From a virus: DNA of 64,000 nt. Numbering within the stretch: position 1 is the stretch's first letter; every line of letters begins with the position of its first letter. The notes beneath the pieces are model-generated. The model ran no database searches. It worked only from the letters and a program-made list of their open reading frames with translations, and was not told where the DNA came from. The DNA lies in the IMG/VR virus record IMGVR_UViG_3300032070_000613, positions 77,096 through 141,095 of that record; one strand, written 5' to 3'. A program made the translations under genes and the position numbers. Of the stretch, positions 30,001-40,515 are shown in pieces.

Positions 30001-32050
30001 GAAAAACAACTATACCATGTCTGTGGATGCCTCCCCTGACCTGATGGACGTGCCCTATTGGAGTTTTGATGAGTTGCTGAAAGTGGGATATCGATACAGG
30101 GCTTTTGATCTAGCGCACTCCGCGGCACTGGACTCCGAGCAGCTCCGACTGGATGATTATGTGGCTCATAAAAACAGGGCGTCTTTTAATAACAGGCCTG
30201 GTCTGTTAGACAGATATGATTTGATGTTCAGCCCGGAATTTTTGACGGATAAAGATAAAAATGTCATCCTGAATGATAAATATCTGCAGAAGGACCTGCC
30301 CGCGGTCACGGTCCTCAATCCCGGCACGCCTGTATTTGAGAAAAGCTTTACTGATGATGCGCATCACACGAATGCTCTCTATCCCGTATCAGAGGATACC
30401 TATGATCCTGATTTGATGGATGGAAAAGATTTGAGAGCCAGTTTTACTATTATAGATCCGGATGATTCAGGGATCATCGATTATAATCCTGTCTGTCAGA
30501 TTTTAGACAATCGTCAGATAAATCTTTATTCTGATTTCAAACAGGTAGAGTACCCTAACGGAGGTTTTGACGCGCCACTGTCCACGATAGATGAGGGTGG
30601 TACCTCGATACCTTTCAAAACTACTTTCATTGATCAATACTACCCCAACCGAGAACTCCGTCTCACGGATTATATGGACTATATCAATCAGGTGCCTACT
30701 GAGTATCGTTTTGGTAGCCTGAGAGTTTTGAATGGATCTACTATTGTTAAAAATGTAATAAGTGAGACCGGACTAAAAACTTTCAAAGCTCTGAATGTCG
30801 GGGATATGGTCACGGTAAAAGGTATACCTTATGAAGAAGAGACAGGATATACCGGCTATGTAGGATATTCGAAAGCTCAAGATTTACTAGGATACGTGAT
30901 GGAGTATAGTCTTGGATATGGTGAGACAGGACTAGGAGAGACTGGTTTCAATGTAAGAAGATATAAAGATCTGGACCACACTCTGGTAGATATAATCGAT
31001 TTTGAGACCGCTCAGATCAGTCCGGTTTTTAAAGGACCGGGTGGTACGTATGATTATGAGCTGACCCGCAGCAAGACATATGCTGTTGATGTATCCCTTT
31101 TTGGTGGATATGGTGAGACTGCGCCTGAGTTTATGGTAGGTAATCTCAACAGGACTCTGGTCCTCAATGGGCTGCTCGGTTACACATACAGTCTACCAGA
31201 CGCTATCCTGCAGCATTTGCCGGGATATGGGGATACGGGTACTAATTTTGAGTTGCATTTTCCGGATCCTGATCCAGATCCCTATCCCGCGAATCCGGAT
31301 AATCCATGGATACCAAATCCTACGGGTATATCCTATTTCGATATGGGATATCAAATAGAGTACAGATTCACGGGGAGCATCACTGGTGGGTATACTGGGG
31401 TCTACTCAGTGCGGTCTAATCGTATCAATGCCACTACAGGCCTCGTGCGGACGTCTCAAATCATCGATGAAGAAGGTAATAGCTACGGATATACCGGGCT
31501 GCTATCAGGGTTTACAGGGCCTTCTGGAGCGTTAGATCTGGGGATCACAGGGCCGGTGGGGGATGTCAATCCTCGTGTGTATAAACTCAGTGACTCGTAT
31601 GTGATACCGTCTGGGGATACGGGAATTTTTATATCTTACAGTGAATCTGAGTATCGGGTGCAGTGGAGGAACTGGGACCAGGACATGATAATAGTCGGGC
31701 TCGGGACTACGGGTAGTGTGATGATTGAGGATCCTGTGAACCTCATGGATGATATAGGTGATGGTATCAAGCGTAGTTTCTGGAGTGTGTCTGGGGCTGT
31801 GTTGAGAGAGATGCGTTTCCAGGGGACTGTGATAGAGACTGCCGAGAAAATTTATGATAGTGTGCTGGCGTCGTCTTACTCGAACGGTCTGATCTTGTTG
31901 ACTCAGGATCAGGTGGATTTGATAAATGCTGGGCATCCTCCGGCTCATTTGAATGATGTCAGCTATCAGCTCAATAGGAGGATCATACGGGAGTTGCTGC
32001 ATGACGGGTCGATAAAGGTGACTGAGGTGCAGGAATTCATACCATTGTGA
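27077..32050 (+). CDS. Large virion structural protein (probable baseplate wedge/tail component)
   Basis: N-terminal YRDFLLKV...IKPAHT motif resembling baseplate wedge/tail-I proteins; 1657 aa; structural context. Confidence 0.55.
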   Translation: MDINVLNKINNKKFKSGIEYQKQLLQITRSIQDMLLQGLPSNYSKDHNTNLAEFFRAVSKEFARLQTSSSDVNEDKYNDETRVEYLYQILGDSLFLGEKAINENLNDAAYRDFLLKVRNAYYEGSRKQNLEDAVSDIIGLPVTIKELYLDLRKKNSFYGLKDTHKMFFDILMDDVTAASSIGLILEDIKFFIDLIKPAHTIYDTRLIWTDTLTNRDGECKPSYIKEDMDYVIYGTSRIYQVTYLASKIYKFSGTDPAETWVEGTIQTIDLNKGIFYLTDNRILVYNADTLLYLRDGTGDHEILPEAFSVGDVIKYYATKDAAASSEIIDSTWGYTGIIDDFYLSENLITLTDGSGIIFNNDTLAYTRDYNGEYRIEVEDLTSNREIAYKAERNTQSYKFYRKPAAVQSNFFKQFDSAVIEKPSFQDYVEKNKEIPPGTHEGYDVYVIDGVATIKNISTMFYKRDDSKSNKEIEINKYTLYIDNELQKQFEMDDAPRTLTQDEAKNVFITAYGYTGLQEPDVNYRIDITTTGELIQDGPSSTVQTIGDHTEMCDRKAACQLVPLYEDTRKYFTWPDLQLTSGFFDITFGFTGGVGIEDTIDDTLPITEDVVDEDVDTIEDIVEYGMGSGDDAYDVPGAYYTFTGISELSSSTIYFGPNPLNVPTWHYISSDPNLYQMPYLPMLGADGLPAEASDVTVYVSGKKVDDAISSIDPWNGIVSLNFIPPYDTKLRIDYYYSKRYPDPVYYLKQVISKTIQAAPNNIAGIFNVINPGGLVSHLTWPFAVTDPALYGDDQDYQMNKFPMLNNKGELVTKEEISVFVGSAIVSGTIKVTETDETGSTLKNMSGEDWTPVADGDVIIIQAENYLDNTLIYVIESVDAVNDTLRLPNSLPVLDASYPYTIIRFIEVPDAVDDVRPLLGHVRLNFIPPVNSYIRVNYYYTPYERDYLMMPDAPVTGLTPGVDYGASSYTPDTFYGSKNNYTMSVDASPDLMDVPYWSFDELLKVGYRYRAFDLAHSAALDSEQLRLDDYVAHKNRASFNNRPGLLDRYDLMFSPEFLTDKDKNVILNDKYLQKDLPAVTVLNPGTPVFEKSFTDDAHHTNALYPVSEDTYDPDLMDGKDLRASFTIIDPDDSGIIDYNPVCQILDNRQINLYSDFKQVEYPNGGFDAPLSTIDEGGTSIPFKTTFIDQYYPNRELRLTDYMDYINQVPTEYRFGSLRVLNGSTIVKNVISETGLKTFKALNVGDMVTVKGIPYEEETGYTGYVGYSKAQDLLGYVMEYSLGYGETGLGETGFNVRRYKDLDHTLVDIIDFETAQISPVFKGPGGTYDYELTRSKTYAVDVSLFGGYGETAPEFMVGNLNRTLVLNGLLGYTYSLPDAILQHLPGYGDTGTNFELHFPDPDPDPYPANPDNPWIPNPTGISYFDMGYQIEYRFTGSITGGYTGVYSVRSNRINATTGLVRTSQIIDEEGNSYGYTGLLSGFTGPSGALDLGITGPVGDVNPRVYKLSDSYVIPSGDTGIFISYSESEYRVQWRNWDQDMIIVGLGTTGSVMIEDPVNLMDDIGDGIKRSFWSVSGAVLREMRFQGTVIETAEKIYDSVLASSYSNGLILLTQDQVDLINAGHPPAHLNDVSYQLNRRIIRELLHDGSIKVTEVQEFIPL

Positions 32051-32063
32051 GAAGGATATTTTT

Positions 32064-32429
32064 ATGATACAGGTTTCTGAAAAGATAAAGAAAATGGCCA
32101 TGAAAATAGTTTCGGGTTGGTTGGATGTTGAGGCTAATACTGATATGGCATGGGTGGAATATGTAAAAGGGGATCCTAAAGGAATGAAGACACAGATATG
32201 CAAAAGCTGCAGAGAGGGCAAGCACATGTCGTACGGGAGTCATCATTTACCTACAAATTTTAAAGTAGAGTTGCAAAAAGTAAAAAATAATCCAGAAGAT
32301 TTAGAAGAATATATTTATGATGTCGGGAGATATAGCTGTAAAAATGTAGGCATGCTAGATGGAAAACAAGTACAATGTATGTGCAGTGCATCGTCATTAG
32401 CTGAAGGGACACTAACTTTACCATTTTAA
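32064..32429 (+). CDS. Hypothetical Cys-containing protein
   Basis: ORF with upstream AGAAGGA; CKSC and CxC motifs. Confidence 0.5.
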   Translation: MIQVSEKIKKMAMKIVSGWLDVEANTDMAWVEYVKGDPKGMKTQICKSCREGKHMSYGSHHLPTNFKVELQKVKNNPEDLEEYIYDVGRYSCKNVGMLDGKQVQCMCSASSLAEGTLTLPF

Positions 32430-32527
32430 TACAAAAATAAACATTGTTTCTATTTTAGTTTAATAATCTCTTGATAATTAATGCTTATTATGTAGCATAT
32501 AAAAAACCAAATTAAAAGGAATGTCGT

Positions 32528-33106
32528 ATGAGTTTTTTTAAAGAGAGCGTAAAAAAGATGGGTAATCTTTTTCACATGGGATCTATTATGAAAGAACGAG
32601 AGACTTTCAGATGTATGAAAGGTCAACTCTTTTTAAAAGCCTACGAGAATGGAGTGCTGGTACATGAGTATACCAGCTCCAATATCATTGTTAATACGGC
32701 TTCTATTCTGATCGCCCGTCTTTTGAAAGACAGCTCGGAGCCCACGTGGGGTATATCCTATTTGGGGATCGGTAGCGGTAGTGGTGAATGGGACCCGTTT
32801 GATCCTCCTGCTCCTACGACTTCTCAGACTCGCCTCGAGAATGAATTTTACAGAAAAGCTATTGATCTAGCCACATTCGTGCATCCAGAGACTGGAGAGC
32901 CTACCACTGTTTTCACGAACATCGTGGATTATTCCGTATCGTTTGGGGAAGGTGAAGCTGTAGGGCCTCTGCTGGAGATGGGGCTGTTTGGAGGAGATGC
33001 TACATCTGAGCTCGGATCGGGTACGATGGTGAACTGGAGGACATTCCCGGTGATCAATAAAACGAGTACGATGACGCTGACGATTATTTTCCGTATTACC
33101 GCGTAA
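32528..33106 (+). CDS. Tail-collar/baseplate fibre-attachment-like protein
   Basis: NIIVN...LGIGSG...PTTSQTRLENEFYRK...EMGLF...INKTSTMTLTIIFRIT pattern typical of phage tail-fibre base proteins. Confidence 0.65.
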   Translation: MSFFKESVKKMGNLFHMGSIMKERETFRCMKGQLFLKAYENGVLVHEYTSSNIIVNTASILIARLLKDSSEPTWGISYLGIGSGSGEWDPFDPPAPTTSQTRLENEFYRKAIDLATFVHPETGEPTTVFTNIVDYSVSFGEGEAVGPLLEMGLFGGDATSELGSGTMVNWRTFPVINKTSTMTLTIIFRITA

Positions 33107-33109
33107 TCA

Positions 33110-34075
33110 ATGAAGCATCTACTCAAAAAAATTTCCGCGTCGAAATCCAATATCATCGCTCATATAAAAATGGGCGATGATACTTTTAATTTGACTACTC
33201 GAGAGGATAAGGTACAGGCCACCTATAACGGCTGTGATGTGCTGAGTGCTTCCAAAACGAAGGAGTCTACTGAGAAAATAACGCATGTCGTTCAGGATTT
33301 TATAGGATATTATTTAAAAGATTCTAAAAATGCTAGTGTATCTGTTTTTAAGAATAAAGAGAGTGGAGATTTTGACTCGTTGATGGAGCAGCTGAAAGAT
33401 ATCCCGGGTATCAAAAAAATAGTCATTAAAACGCTCCCTGATAATGCTCGTGATATAGAGAAGACTTTGCATCCTGATTTTAGTCCTGAAAAAGGTATAA
33501 GAAACAGTGCTATCATAAAATGTTTAGAGGATTTTTCTAACATCGTAGGGGAGATATGCACGCTGCTTAATGTGTCTCGAAATGATGCCCTGACGATCAC
33601 TCAGGGCAGGCTAGTGGGTACGATGTGGGGCGCGAAGCCGATGCAGGAGATGCTCGAATCGATACATCAGGAGATAGCTGATAACGATAAATGGGACCGT
33701 ATAGAATTTTTTTCTAATATTATTATCAAGTCTATTGATAGGCTCATACACAAGCTGGCGACTGAGTTGAGTAGCGTGTGTATGGAGGAGAAGAAAGTCA
33801 TTTACAATATTCTTATCCCTAACATACTTGATGGTTATGAGCAATTTAAGCAGGTAGTCGGCAGCGCTCTGATGTCTTTATCTTCTTTAGTTTATATAGA
33901 TGTTATTTTCAAAAAGATGACTAGTTACCCGGCCACGTTGTTTATGAGTAGCAGTATGCTGGGAGATTTGAATCAGGATTATCAGAAGCTTTTGGGATTG
34001 CTCAAGGACATGCCTCGGATAGAGCGGCAGGTCATTTATCCGCTCGATATGATGAGACTGCAAAATTTTAAATAG
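33110..34075 (+). CDS. Hypothetical protein
   Basis: 321 aa ORF tightly packed in the operon; no recognised motif. Confidence 0.6.
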   Translation: MKHLLKKISASKSNIIAHIKMGDDTFNLTTREDKVQATYNGCDVLSASKTKESTEKITHVVQDFIGYYLKDSKNASVSVFKNKESGDFDSLMEQLKDIPGIKKIVIKTLPDNARDIEKTLHPDFSPEKGIRNSAIIKCLEDFSNIVGEICTLLNVSRNDALTITQGRLVGTMWGAKPMQEMLESIHQEIADNDKWDRIEFFSNIIIKSIDRLIHKLATELSSVCMEEKKVIYNILIPNILDGYEQFKQVVGSALMSLSSLVYIDVIFKKMTSYPATLFMSSSMLGDLNQDYQKLLGLLKDMPRIERQVIYPLDMMRLQNFK

Positions 34076-34083
34076 GATCATAT

Positions 34084-37000
34084 ATGGCAGATTATTTTGG
34101 TGATCAGCAAAACAGGGTGCTCAGCGTTACTCAGCGTAGTCTGGATAACGTGGTTTTTCAATATCGAAAGCCTCCGCTGACTTCCGAATGGAATCTCATT
34201 AATCAGATCAGCAATGAAAAAATACAGGAGATCACTAAAGCTTCATATCCATCGGGATGGATGACGGTCGGTGAAATTTTACAGGATTGGTCTGAGAGTG
34301 ACGTACAGACAGGACAGGTCAATTGTTCCGCGACATATACGGCTAATAGTTTTAAATTGTTCTCTAAAAAAGATAACGTGGCTATCGTAAATGGATGGCC
34401 TCTCCTGATAGAGGGGACGAATTCGCCGGATTCGAATAATATTATTACGCTGGGGACTCCTGCGGGGCAGCTTTATGATTTTGTATTTCTAGAGGTATGG
34501 AGAAAACTAGTAGGGAAAGATGATCCGATATATCCCTGCGGCAATGTTTTGTCAAATCCTTATTCTGATAATGAAATAGAATGGCCTGCCATAGGTACTG
34601 AGACTACAAAGAGAGTGCAGCTCCAATATCGGATTCGAGTAACGGGTATAAATAGTCCGGTAAATCCTACTCATGACGGTTTTGATATAGAAGATATCCA
34701 TCCTGTAGGTGGTAGGACAGATGGAGAATATACACCATATAAATTTGCAAAATATGGCGCATCTGATATTGGTCTGTATATCTCTGGTGATGGGTCGAGT
34801 ACGAGTCAAACTGTTTTGAATACTGTCGATGGCTATGTGTATGCTATCCCGATGCTCATGGTGTGCCGTCGTCAGAAATGGGATGATATTTTTACAGCGT
34901 CTACGATGCGTCGGACATTTGTAGATAAAGCGGGGCTAGTAGATGGATATGTCCCTGACCGTCCTGACGGTGCCCTAGCGGATGTGATCTATAAAGATGA
35001 TATCGTAGATTTCAGACATAAAGTTTTGAGCTCCGGTAAAGATGTGGAGATGCTGCTGGATCAGACAGTATCCAAACTGGTAGCTGGAGAGCTCACTACG
35101 GCTGTGAAAAGAGGTTTTGGTACTGATGGTGATACGAATATTACTGCTAGTATAGGTGGTGGGACTCTCACTAAAGTAGAATGCTTAAATGCTAGCTCTG
35201 GGATACCTACTATAGGTACTGGTAGTGGGACTACTGATTATGATTTTAAGCGTAGAGTTTTCTCTAATGCGGAATATACACACGATCATAATGTGATCAG
35301 AGTCCCTGTAAATGGATCTGGTGTGTGGGCTGTCGGTACTTTTTCAGTAGCATCTGTTTTGTCTACCGCTCCTACAGGGACAGTGGTGTCTGTTGATGGT
35401 TTTTATATGCCTGATGAGAGCAGTCCTATTCCTACGGGGGTCACTGCTACTGCAACTACTATCACTATAGCGAATACCGGTATAAACCCCATTGTGGGTT
35501 CTTCTAAGAAACTCATGATGGAATTTACGTTTAAATATGACTCATCGAGTGCAGGATTTAAAGATGTACCGCGGGAGTTTTTGGAGGCGGGTAAAGGTAC
35601 CCTCCTCCCGATAGCTACATGGGATAATGACGTCCCGCTGCGTTTCAATAATGGTGGATATCTCCTGAATTACGGTCTCAATCCTGGGCTGCATCTCCCG
35701 GGTAAAACAGATCCGAGAGATTTTTTGAGATATAAAGGCGGTAACTACACTGAAAATTCCGCATTTGGTCATGAGATGGTAGTATATCGTACTACAAACG
35801 GGTCCGGTATAGTCATTATTAATTTGTCTGATAGTAAATATAATGGCTATCATATTTTGGGTGTGAAATCCATAGAGCCGGAGAACACGCCAGGCACCTA
35901 CTATCTACCAGTAGATTTCACAGTACAGAGGGTCCTTACTACCAGTAGCCCATATGTGATCGAATTGTATAGTATCGCTACGGTATTATACCCTAATAGA
36001 AATGTAAGAATTGTACTTTATGTTGGTAGCAAAATCCCTGATGATTATGATTTCGACAAAGTTACTCGAATACCTCATACTGACTCTTTAAAATTTTTCG
36101 AACTGTCTAAACAAGGTAAAGGAGTGATCGATACTTATGAAGTGATAGAAGCTGTAGGCTCTGAGAATCCTTTATCCTCAGGTGTTTTCTGGATAGATAC
36201 GGGAGATAAACCCATAATCGCGCTGCTCACAAAGGCAGTAGCATCAACTCCGACTACGCAGCCTATTGTTGGATCTCCTTTTGTTTGGAAATATGATAGC
36301 ACAGCTTTTTCCGTATCTATAAATAATCCTATGATTAATCAGGAAATACCAGTGTTGGTTTCCTCGGTTTATACATCCTCGTTGATGCCTACAAAGATGG
36401 CGATTACAATTTCTACAGAAGCCGGTAATCCGTCCGGAAGAATACGTGTACCTTTATTGGTACATAGCTATGTCACTCAGACTGAGACCCCCTATAATTT
36501 CTTTTATAAGACGAATGCTTATCAGGGGCTACTCGATAGCGGCACGGCGTACTATGGTAAAGTCATAAAAGAGGGTCCTGCGATAATAACGACGTTGGGA
36601 TCTGGTGCGGTGTCTAATTATACCTATGCGACAGTGGGTAAAGCAATTTTTCAATCATCTAGTAGGACTGTAGCGGGAGTCATATATAGCGGTAGTCTGC
36701 CTAAGTGGACAGCTTATGTAAGAGCCGGTGACTATATCCATCAAGCGGCTAGCAGTCAATACTATCGTATTTTGTCTGTGGACAGCGATATTCAATTGAC
36801 TCTGGCAGAAACATTTGTAGGTAGTGGCGGGACGCCGGTAAATTATGAAATAATACGGATAGATGTCCCCCACGATAACATTTCGAACGTAGTCGATCGT
36901 CTGCCTGCATTGAATATAACAGCTTTGACCACTGATGACTTGGTAGACTACCGGTGCTATTCGGATAATTTTTTCACTAGCCCTTTTTTCTTTCATGGTA

Positions 37001-37413
37001 TATATCTCACTCAACCAAAACAGAAAATGCAGGACCCTCTGAATACTCTGACTAATGATTTTGTTTTGGGATCCAGTAGTACGAGTAAGAGGGGTAGAAA
37101 TAATTTCCTTTTGACTAACGGCCAGAATAGTATATTCAAATTATCTGATACGCCTCGACCTCAGATACTGTACGAATATGCAATAAATTTGCCGGAGTCG
37201 GGTCACAACAGAAAAGTCTATCAGATATATCTATTCAATCAATCTGCGAAAGATACTGGGGAGTCTGATCTAACGGGTAGACTCTATCTCATGGTAATCA
37301 GCGGTGAGACAAAACCCGTAGATCCGACCGAGACATCCCTGAATGGATTTTTTAATAGAGATACTGTAGATATTTATGAACTCGTGGGCAGACCGATCAT
37401 TAAAATGGGATGA
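34084..37413 (+). CDS. Large virion structural protein (paralog of 1053..5486)
   Basis: Shared VNGWP, FLEVWR, ETTKRVQxQYRIR, DGYxxAIPM and RPDG motifs. Confidence 0.7.
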   Translation: MADYFGDQQNRVLSVTQRSLDNVVFQYRKPPLTSEWNLINQISNEKIQEITKASYPSGWMTVGEILQDWSESDVQTGQVNCSATYTANSFKLFSKKDNVAIVNGWPLLIEGTNSPDSNNIITLGTPAGQLYDFVFLEVWRKLVGKDDPIYPCGNVLSNPYSDNEIEWPAIGTETTKRVQLQYRIRVTGINSPVNPTHDGFDIEDIHPVGGRTDGEYTPYKFAKYGASDIGLYISGDGSSTSQTVLNTVDGYVYAIPMLMVCRRQKWDDIFTASTMRRTFVDKAGLVDGYVPDRPDGALADVIYKDDIVDFRHKVLSSGKDVEMLLDQTVSKLVAGELTTAVKRGFGTDGDTNITASIGGGTLTKVECLNASSGIPTIGTGSGTTDYDFKRRVFSNAEYTHDHNVIRVPVNGSGVWAVGTFSVASVLSTAPTGTVVSVDGFYMPDESSPIPTGVTATATTITIANTGINPIVGSSKKLMMEFTFKYDSSSAGFKDVPREFLEAGKGTLLPIATWDNDVPLRFNNGGYLLNYGLNPGLHLPGKTDPRDFLRYKGGNYTENSAFGHEMVVYRTTNGSGIVIINLSDSKYNGYHILGVKSIEPENTPGTYYLPVDFTVQRVLTTSSPYVIELYSIATVLYPNRNVRIVLYVGSKIPDDYDFDKVTRIPHTDSLKFFELSKQGKGVIDTYEVIEAVGSENPLSSGVFWIDTGDKPIIALLTKAVASTPTTQPIVGSPFVWKYDSTAFSVSINNPMINQEIPVLVSSVYTSSLMPTKMAITISTEAGNPSGRIRVPLLVHSYVTQTETPYNFFYKTNAYQGLLDSGTAYYGKVIKEGPAIITTLGSGAVSNYTYATVGKAIFQSSSRTVAGVIYSGSLPKWTAYVRAGDYIHQAASSQYYRILSVDSDIQLTLAETFVGSGGTPVNYEIIRIDVPHDNISNVVDRLPALNITALTTDDLVDYRCYSDNFFTSPFFFHGIYLTQPKQKMQDPLNTLTNDFVLGSSSTSKRGRNNFLLTNGQNSIFKLSDTPRPQILYEYAINLPESGHNRKVYQIYLFNQSAKDTGESDLTGRLYLMVISGETKPVDPTETSLNGFFNRDTVDIYELVGRPIIKMG

Positions 37414-37416
37414 AAA

Positions 37417-38565
37417 ATGATATCAACAAAAAATGTATGCAATGTTTTGAGAATGGTGTCTGCTGGAAAAGATCCTGCCGATCCAGGGCAAGCTCCGGGG
37501 ATCCTTTCTGTCTCAAGGCCTATAGAGAAAAGCTATGTCCTCTATATGTATTATGCTCCAGAGGATAAAGCTATTGATTTCAAAAACATTTCAAATGATC
37601 TAGAAAATTCTGCGAAAAGCGATGCTCTTGTACAGAAACTTGAGAGCAAAGGTGAAAAAGGTATAACGGAGTTTAGCGCGGGATATTTCTCTTGGAGAAA
37701 AGTAGTCGTAGTAACGAATAAATACGACCAAACTAAAAAAAATTACATAGTTTACTCAGCGGATGTAGATAATATGGGTAAAATTATACCAGGCAAAGAA
37801 GAAATAACCCCGGACACTAAATATCCTACGACAGATGAAATCAAAAACACGTTTAACATTTTTAAAGATGGTGTTCTGAACATACAGACTGATTCTCCAG
37901 GCAGCTATGAGGTCTATTATTTCAATGGAGATCCTCAGGCAAATATCGTACAGCGTCTATTGGCGAAACCTGAGGAGGCTACCAGGGGTGAGCGTTACAA
38001 TGATTTTGTGAAGAAAATGGATCAGTTTAGGATTTGGACGGGAAATGGACTTATTAGACCTGATTTCCGTAAATCTAGAAATGATGGAGTAAAAGGGAAT
38101 TATTACCCAGGCGGTAAGGATGCTTTTAACGAAATGATTCTATCGCAGGTTAAAAATAAAAAGAAGAAAACTCTTTTTAAACCCTATGAGCCTGAAAATC
38201 CGTCTCTGGGTGAAAAGGTGGAGGAGAAAGAAGAGAAATCTATTTTCGAGCCTGTGACGAGAAGTACCGAACCCGTAAAGGGGGATTATCTGGATACGCC
38301 CTCGCAAGGAGTAAAAATGGCCAATAAAAAATCCGTACGTAATGTGATGTTCGCCTATCTGAAAGACGCCGCCTATAGTACAGTGACTCCTGGTACGACT
38401 ACTCAAATGCAAGGTATGCCAAAACCGGGTGAGATGGTATCACCAATGACTACGGATACTGTTAAAAATAAAAGAGAATTTGAAAAAAGGAATAAGGCTA
38501 TCGAGGATATGAAGAAAAGAATGAGTCCGACGACTACCGGAACCGGCACTCCTGGCAAATATTAA
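37417..38565 (+). CDS. Hypothetical protein (possible internal virion protein)
   Basis: 382 aa, charged low-complexity C-terminus; last gene of the structural block. Confidence 0.55.
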   Translation: MISTKNVCNVLRMVSAGKDPADPGQAPGILSVSRPIEKSYVLYMYYAPEDKAIDFKNISNDLENSAKSDALVQKLESKGEKGITEFSAGYFSWRKVVVVTNKYDQTKKNYIVYSADVDNMGKIIPGKEEITPDTKYPTTDEIKNTFNIFKDGVLNIQTDSPGSYEVYYFNGDPQANIVQRLLAKPEEATRGERYNDFVKKMDQFRIWTGNGLIRPDFRKSRNDGVKGNYYPGGKDAFNEMILSQVKNKKKKTLFKPYEPENPSLGEKVEEKEEKSIFEPVTRSTEPVKGDYLDTPSQGVKMANKKSVRNVMFAYLKDAAYSTVTPGTTTQMQGMPKPGEMVSPMTTDTVKNKREFEKRNKAIEDMKKRMSPTTTGTGTPGKY

Positions 38566-38744
38566 TGGGAAAACTTCGATTTTTGGAAAAATAAATTTAT
38601 TTGAAAAACGTATAGCATTTTTTGAAAAAATTACTTTATTTTTGGCGTCCACGATAGTATATTGAAAAAACGCCGAGCGGTCGCCGACCTATTCCGAGTA
38701 GGGCTGCGGCTGAAGTTTTTGGAACTATACCCAGGGATTTCCTG

Positions 38745-40493
38745 ATGGGATTTGCTGAAAAGCCCTCCAATGCTGCTTTTCTGCTACAGTTGCGGCAGAG
38801 TAAAAAAGCGGCCCTCAAACCCTGCCCTCTCCTGAAATCCTCCACGGTACTGCGTACCTATCAGGTTGTCGGATGCATACATCTCATATCTCTGTCCAGG
38901 ATGGTCCTGGGAGACGGAACCGGACTCGGAAAAACGATTTGCGGAATCGCTGCCTATGCATATCTCCTACAGAAAGACCCTACATTAAAATTACTCGTAG
39001 TCACCCCCAAATCCGCTATGGATCAATGGGCTGAAGAATTCGATAAATTTTCGTCAGGTATCACTACCCACGTACTATCCAACGTGTACGGTAAAATAAA
39101 GGGCAAGGATGAATACGGGCATGTGAAGCTACTCGAGGAGAGGGGCACTCCCTACACGATCCTACGGGGCTTCCAGGCGCGTCAGGCGCAATACAATACG
39201 GTCTCAGCTCACGTGCTGATCTGCAACTACAATGCCGTCATGGATGATTACGTTTTTCTGATACAAAACCGTATGCCGAATTATATGGTGATCCTGGATG
39301 AAATACAGGCTATAAAAAACCATAAATCCCAAACTCATTTTGGCGCGAATGAAATAGCCCAGTCCGCTAAACGTGTGTATGGCCTCAGCGCTACTCTGAT
39401 AAAAAATAAACTGGAAGAAGCCTATAACATATACAACGTCGTAGTGCCAGGACTTTTCGGGGGAAGAAATAAATTTCTGGCTGAGTATACCGTCCGTAAA
39501 AAGATGGTGATTTTCAGAAAGGGTAAAAGAAGACGATTTAATAAAATTGTGGGATACCAAAATCTTAAAAAATTCAAAGACGTCATAGAGCCTTTTTTCC
39601 TCATTCGACGCACCCGTGAGGTCGCGGATGAACTCCCTCGCCTCATATCGAAAAAACTCATATTGGAATGCACCAAAGAGCAGGACGCTCTCTATAAACT
39701 GGCCCTGAGTGGAGAGCTCTATAAACGTCTGATCAAGGACAAGTTTTTCAAATACGACAAGTATATGTCAGGCAACAGCTCCCCTACGACAAAAGAACTG
39801 GAAACTCTGGAAAAACTCCGTGAGAAATATGATGAGTCCCTGACGAAAGATGGGATGCAGAAAAATAAAATAGCGGGGCTGTCCTACTGTCAGATGGTGA
39901 GTAACGGACCGGGATGGATACATGAACCGGGAGAGAGTTCGAAAGAGACTGAGTTCTCAAGACTTTTCGAGCAGGAACTGATGGGGGAGAAAGTCATAGT
40001 ATTCAGCAGGTTTAAATCCGGCATCCCCCGTCTGGAAAAAATATTGGACGGACTGGACGAACCAGCTAAACACGTGAAAATCACTGGGGATGACACGTCA
40101 GACGAACGTAATATCGCCAAAAAAATATTCCAGGACACGGAGAGCGGCGTCAATGTGATTTTTATCACGCAGGCAGGATCCGCGGCTATCAATCTGCAGG
40201 CCGCTAAAATAATCCTGTTCTATGACACTCCATGGTCCTATGGAGACCTGTATCAAACCATAGGACGTGCCCAACGCATAGGCAGCGTGTATGAGCACAT
40301 ATGTCTCATGCACATGATAAATAGAGATACTATAGACGAGCATGTTTTAAGGATCCTGGAATCAAAAAAGAGCCTGATCAATGAAGTCATGGGAGATATC
40401 GCTGAGGGTGCTATCGAGTTTAAAGATGATGCAATATTGTTTAAGGACGAAGAAAGTTCTATAGACGCTTTATATTCTTCGGTTTTTGGATAG
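38745..40493 (+). CDS. SNF2-family (SF2) helicase/ATPase
   Basis: GDGTGLGKT (motif I), ILDEIQ (II), LSAT (III), VIVFS, AINLQAA, QTIGRAQRIG (VI). Confidence 0.9.
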   Translation: MGFAEKPSNAAFLLQLRQSKKAALKPCPLLKSSTVLRTYQVVGCIHLISLSRMVLGDGTGLGKTICGIAAYAYLLQKDPTLKLLVVTPKSAMDQWAEEFDKFSSGITTHVLSNVYGKIKGKDEYGHVKLLEERGTPYTILRGFQARQAQYNTVSAHVLICNYNAVMDDYVFLIQNRMPNYMVILDEIQAIKNHKSQTHFGANEIAQSAKRVYGLSATLIKNKLEEAYNIYNVVVPGLFGGRNKFLAEYTVRKKMVIFRKGKRRRFNKIVGYQNLKKFKDVIEPFFLIRRTREVADELPRLISKKLILECTKEQDALYKLALSGELYKRLIKDKFFKYDKYMSGNSSPTTKELETLEKLREKYDESLTKDGMQKNKIAGLSYCQMVSNGPGWIHEPGESSKETEFSRLFEQELMGEKVIVFSRFKSGIPRLEKILDGLDEPAKHVKITGDDTSDERNIAKKIFQDTESGVNVIFITQAGSAAINLQAAKIILFYDTPWSYGDLYQTIGRAQRIGSVYEHICLMHMINRDTIDEHVLRILESKKSLINEVMGDIAEGAIEFKDDAILFKDEESSIDALYSSVFG

Positions 40494-40515
40494 TTTGCAA
40501 TAGTTTGAGGAAAAA

